From Leptolyngbyaceae cyanobacterium (GTDB lineage Bacteria; Cyanobacteriota; Cyanobacteriia; Leptolyngbyales; Leptolyngbyaceae), in the NCBI GenBank assembly GCA_041752515.1, contig JBGSWI010000009.1, positions 27-64,026 on the forward strand: a stretch of 64,000 nucleotides of DNA, given 5' to 3'. Shown here one piece after another: positions 63,951-64,000 of the stretch. The stretch's first letter is position 1; the number at the start of each line of letters is the position of its first letter. The position numbers and the translations under genes are program-made. Below the pieces are notes generated by a model. The model worked only from the letters and a program-made list of their open reading frames with translations, did not search any database and was not told the DNA's origin.

Positions 63951-64000
63951 TTGACAACTCCCACGCTTAAAAGACGTGGGATTCTTTCGGACAAGCGTTA
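63951..64000 (-). mobile_element. right end of a second IS200/IS605-family element (element continues beyond the window)
   Basis: minus strand GAATCCCACGTCTTTTAAGCGTGGGAGTTGTCAA, same hairpin-plus-TCAA architecture as 29460-29492. Confidence 0.75.

Larger units (their letters stand above)
1..64000. repeat. HIP1 octamer GCGATCGC, highly over-represented throughout
   Basis: seen very frequently across the window; absent from ~9190-11525 and from the tnpB element. Confidence 0.95.

Noticed and set aside
1-64000. tRNA or rRNA genes
   Set aside because: No cloverleaf with T-loop GTTCRA context and no rRNA-like sequence recognised by eye; tRNAscan-SE would be decisive.

Overview
Cyanobacterial chromosomal window: the HIP1 octamer GCGATCGC is very dense, heptamer tandem repeats are dispersed throughout, and the gene set is typical of a filamentous Leptolyngbya/Oscillatoriales-like organism (taxon is inference). 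Most of it is housekeeping: aroE, minDE, def, pspA/vipp1, thioredoxins, two ABC1 kinases, gatB, a CyaB-type GAF-GAF-PAS adenylate cyclase, smc, gshB-grxC, rbsK, FKBP, cbbY and lepB. The most striking accessory locus is a co-oriented three-gene module at 8607-12766 (minus strand). It encodes (i) an effector-less NACHT/STAND ATPase whose HEAT-repeat block is AT-rich and HIP1-free, (ii) a stand-alone 100-aa protein resembling the tRNase tip of CdiA/Rhs polymorphic toxins, and (iii) an overlapping 256-aa protein with a putative immunity-like N-terminus. Proteins (i) and (iii) share a RHIM/amyloid-like motif, VGNIN-x3/4-TIQxDQVG. This is a candidate undescribed NLR-like toxin/immunity defence system. 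Other notable items: an rtcB gene disrupted by an IS200/IS605 tnpB element with a deletion of about 230 codons; a c-di-AMP (ydaO) riboswitch carrying a ~93-nt hairpin insertion upstream of an ArsB/NhaD transporter; a STAND ATPase pair lacking the usual WD40 tail; an smc-PRC-SET gene run; nested small dispersed repeats; and the right end of a second IS605-type element at the window edge. No rRNA, tRNA or CRISPR array was seen. All family assignments come from motif recognition by eye, not from database searches.
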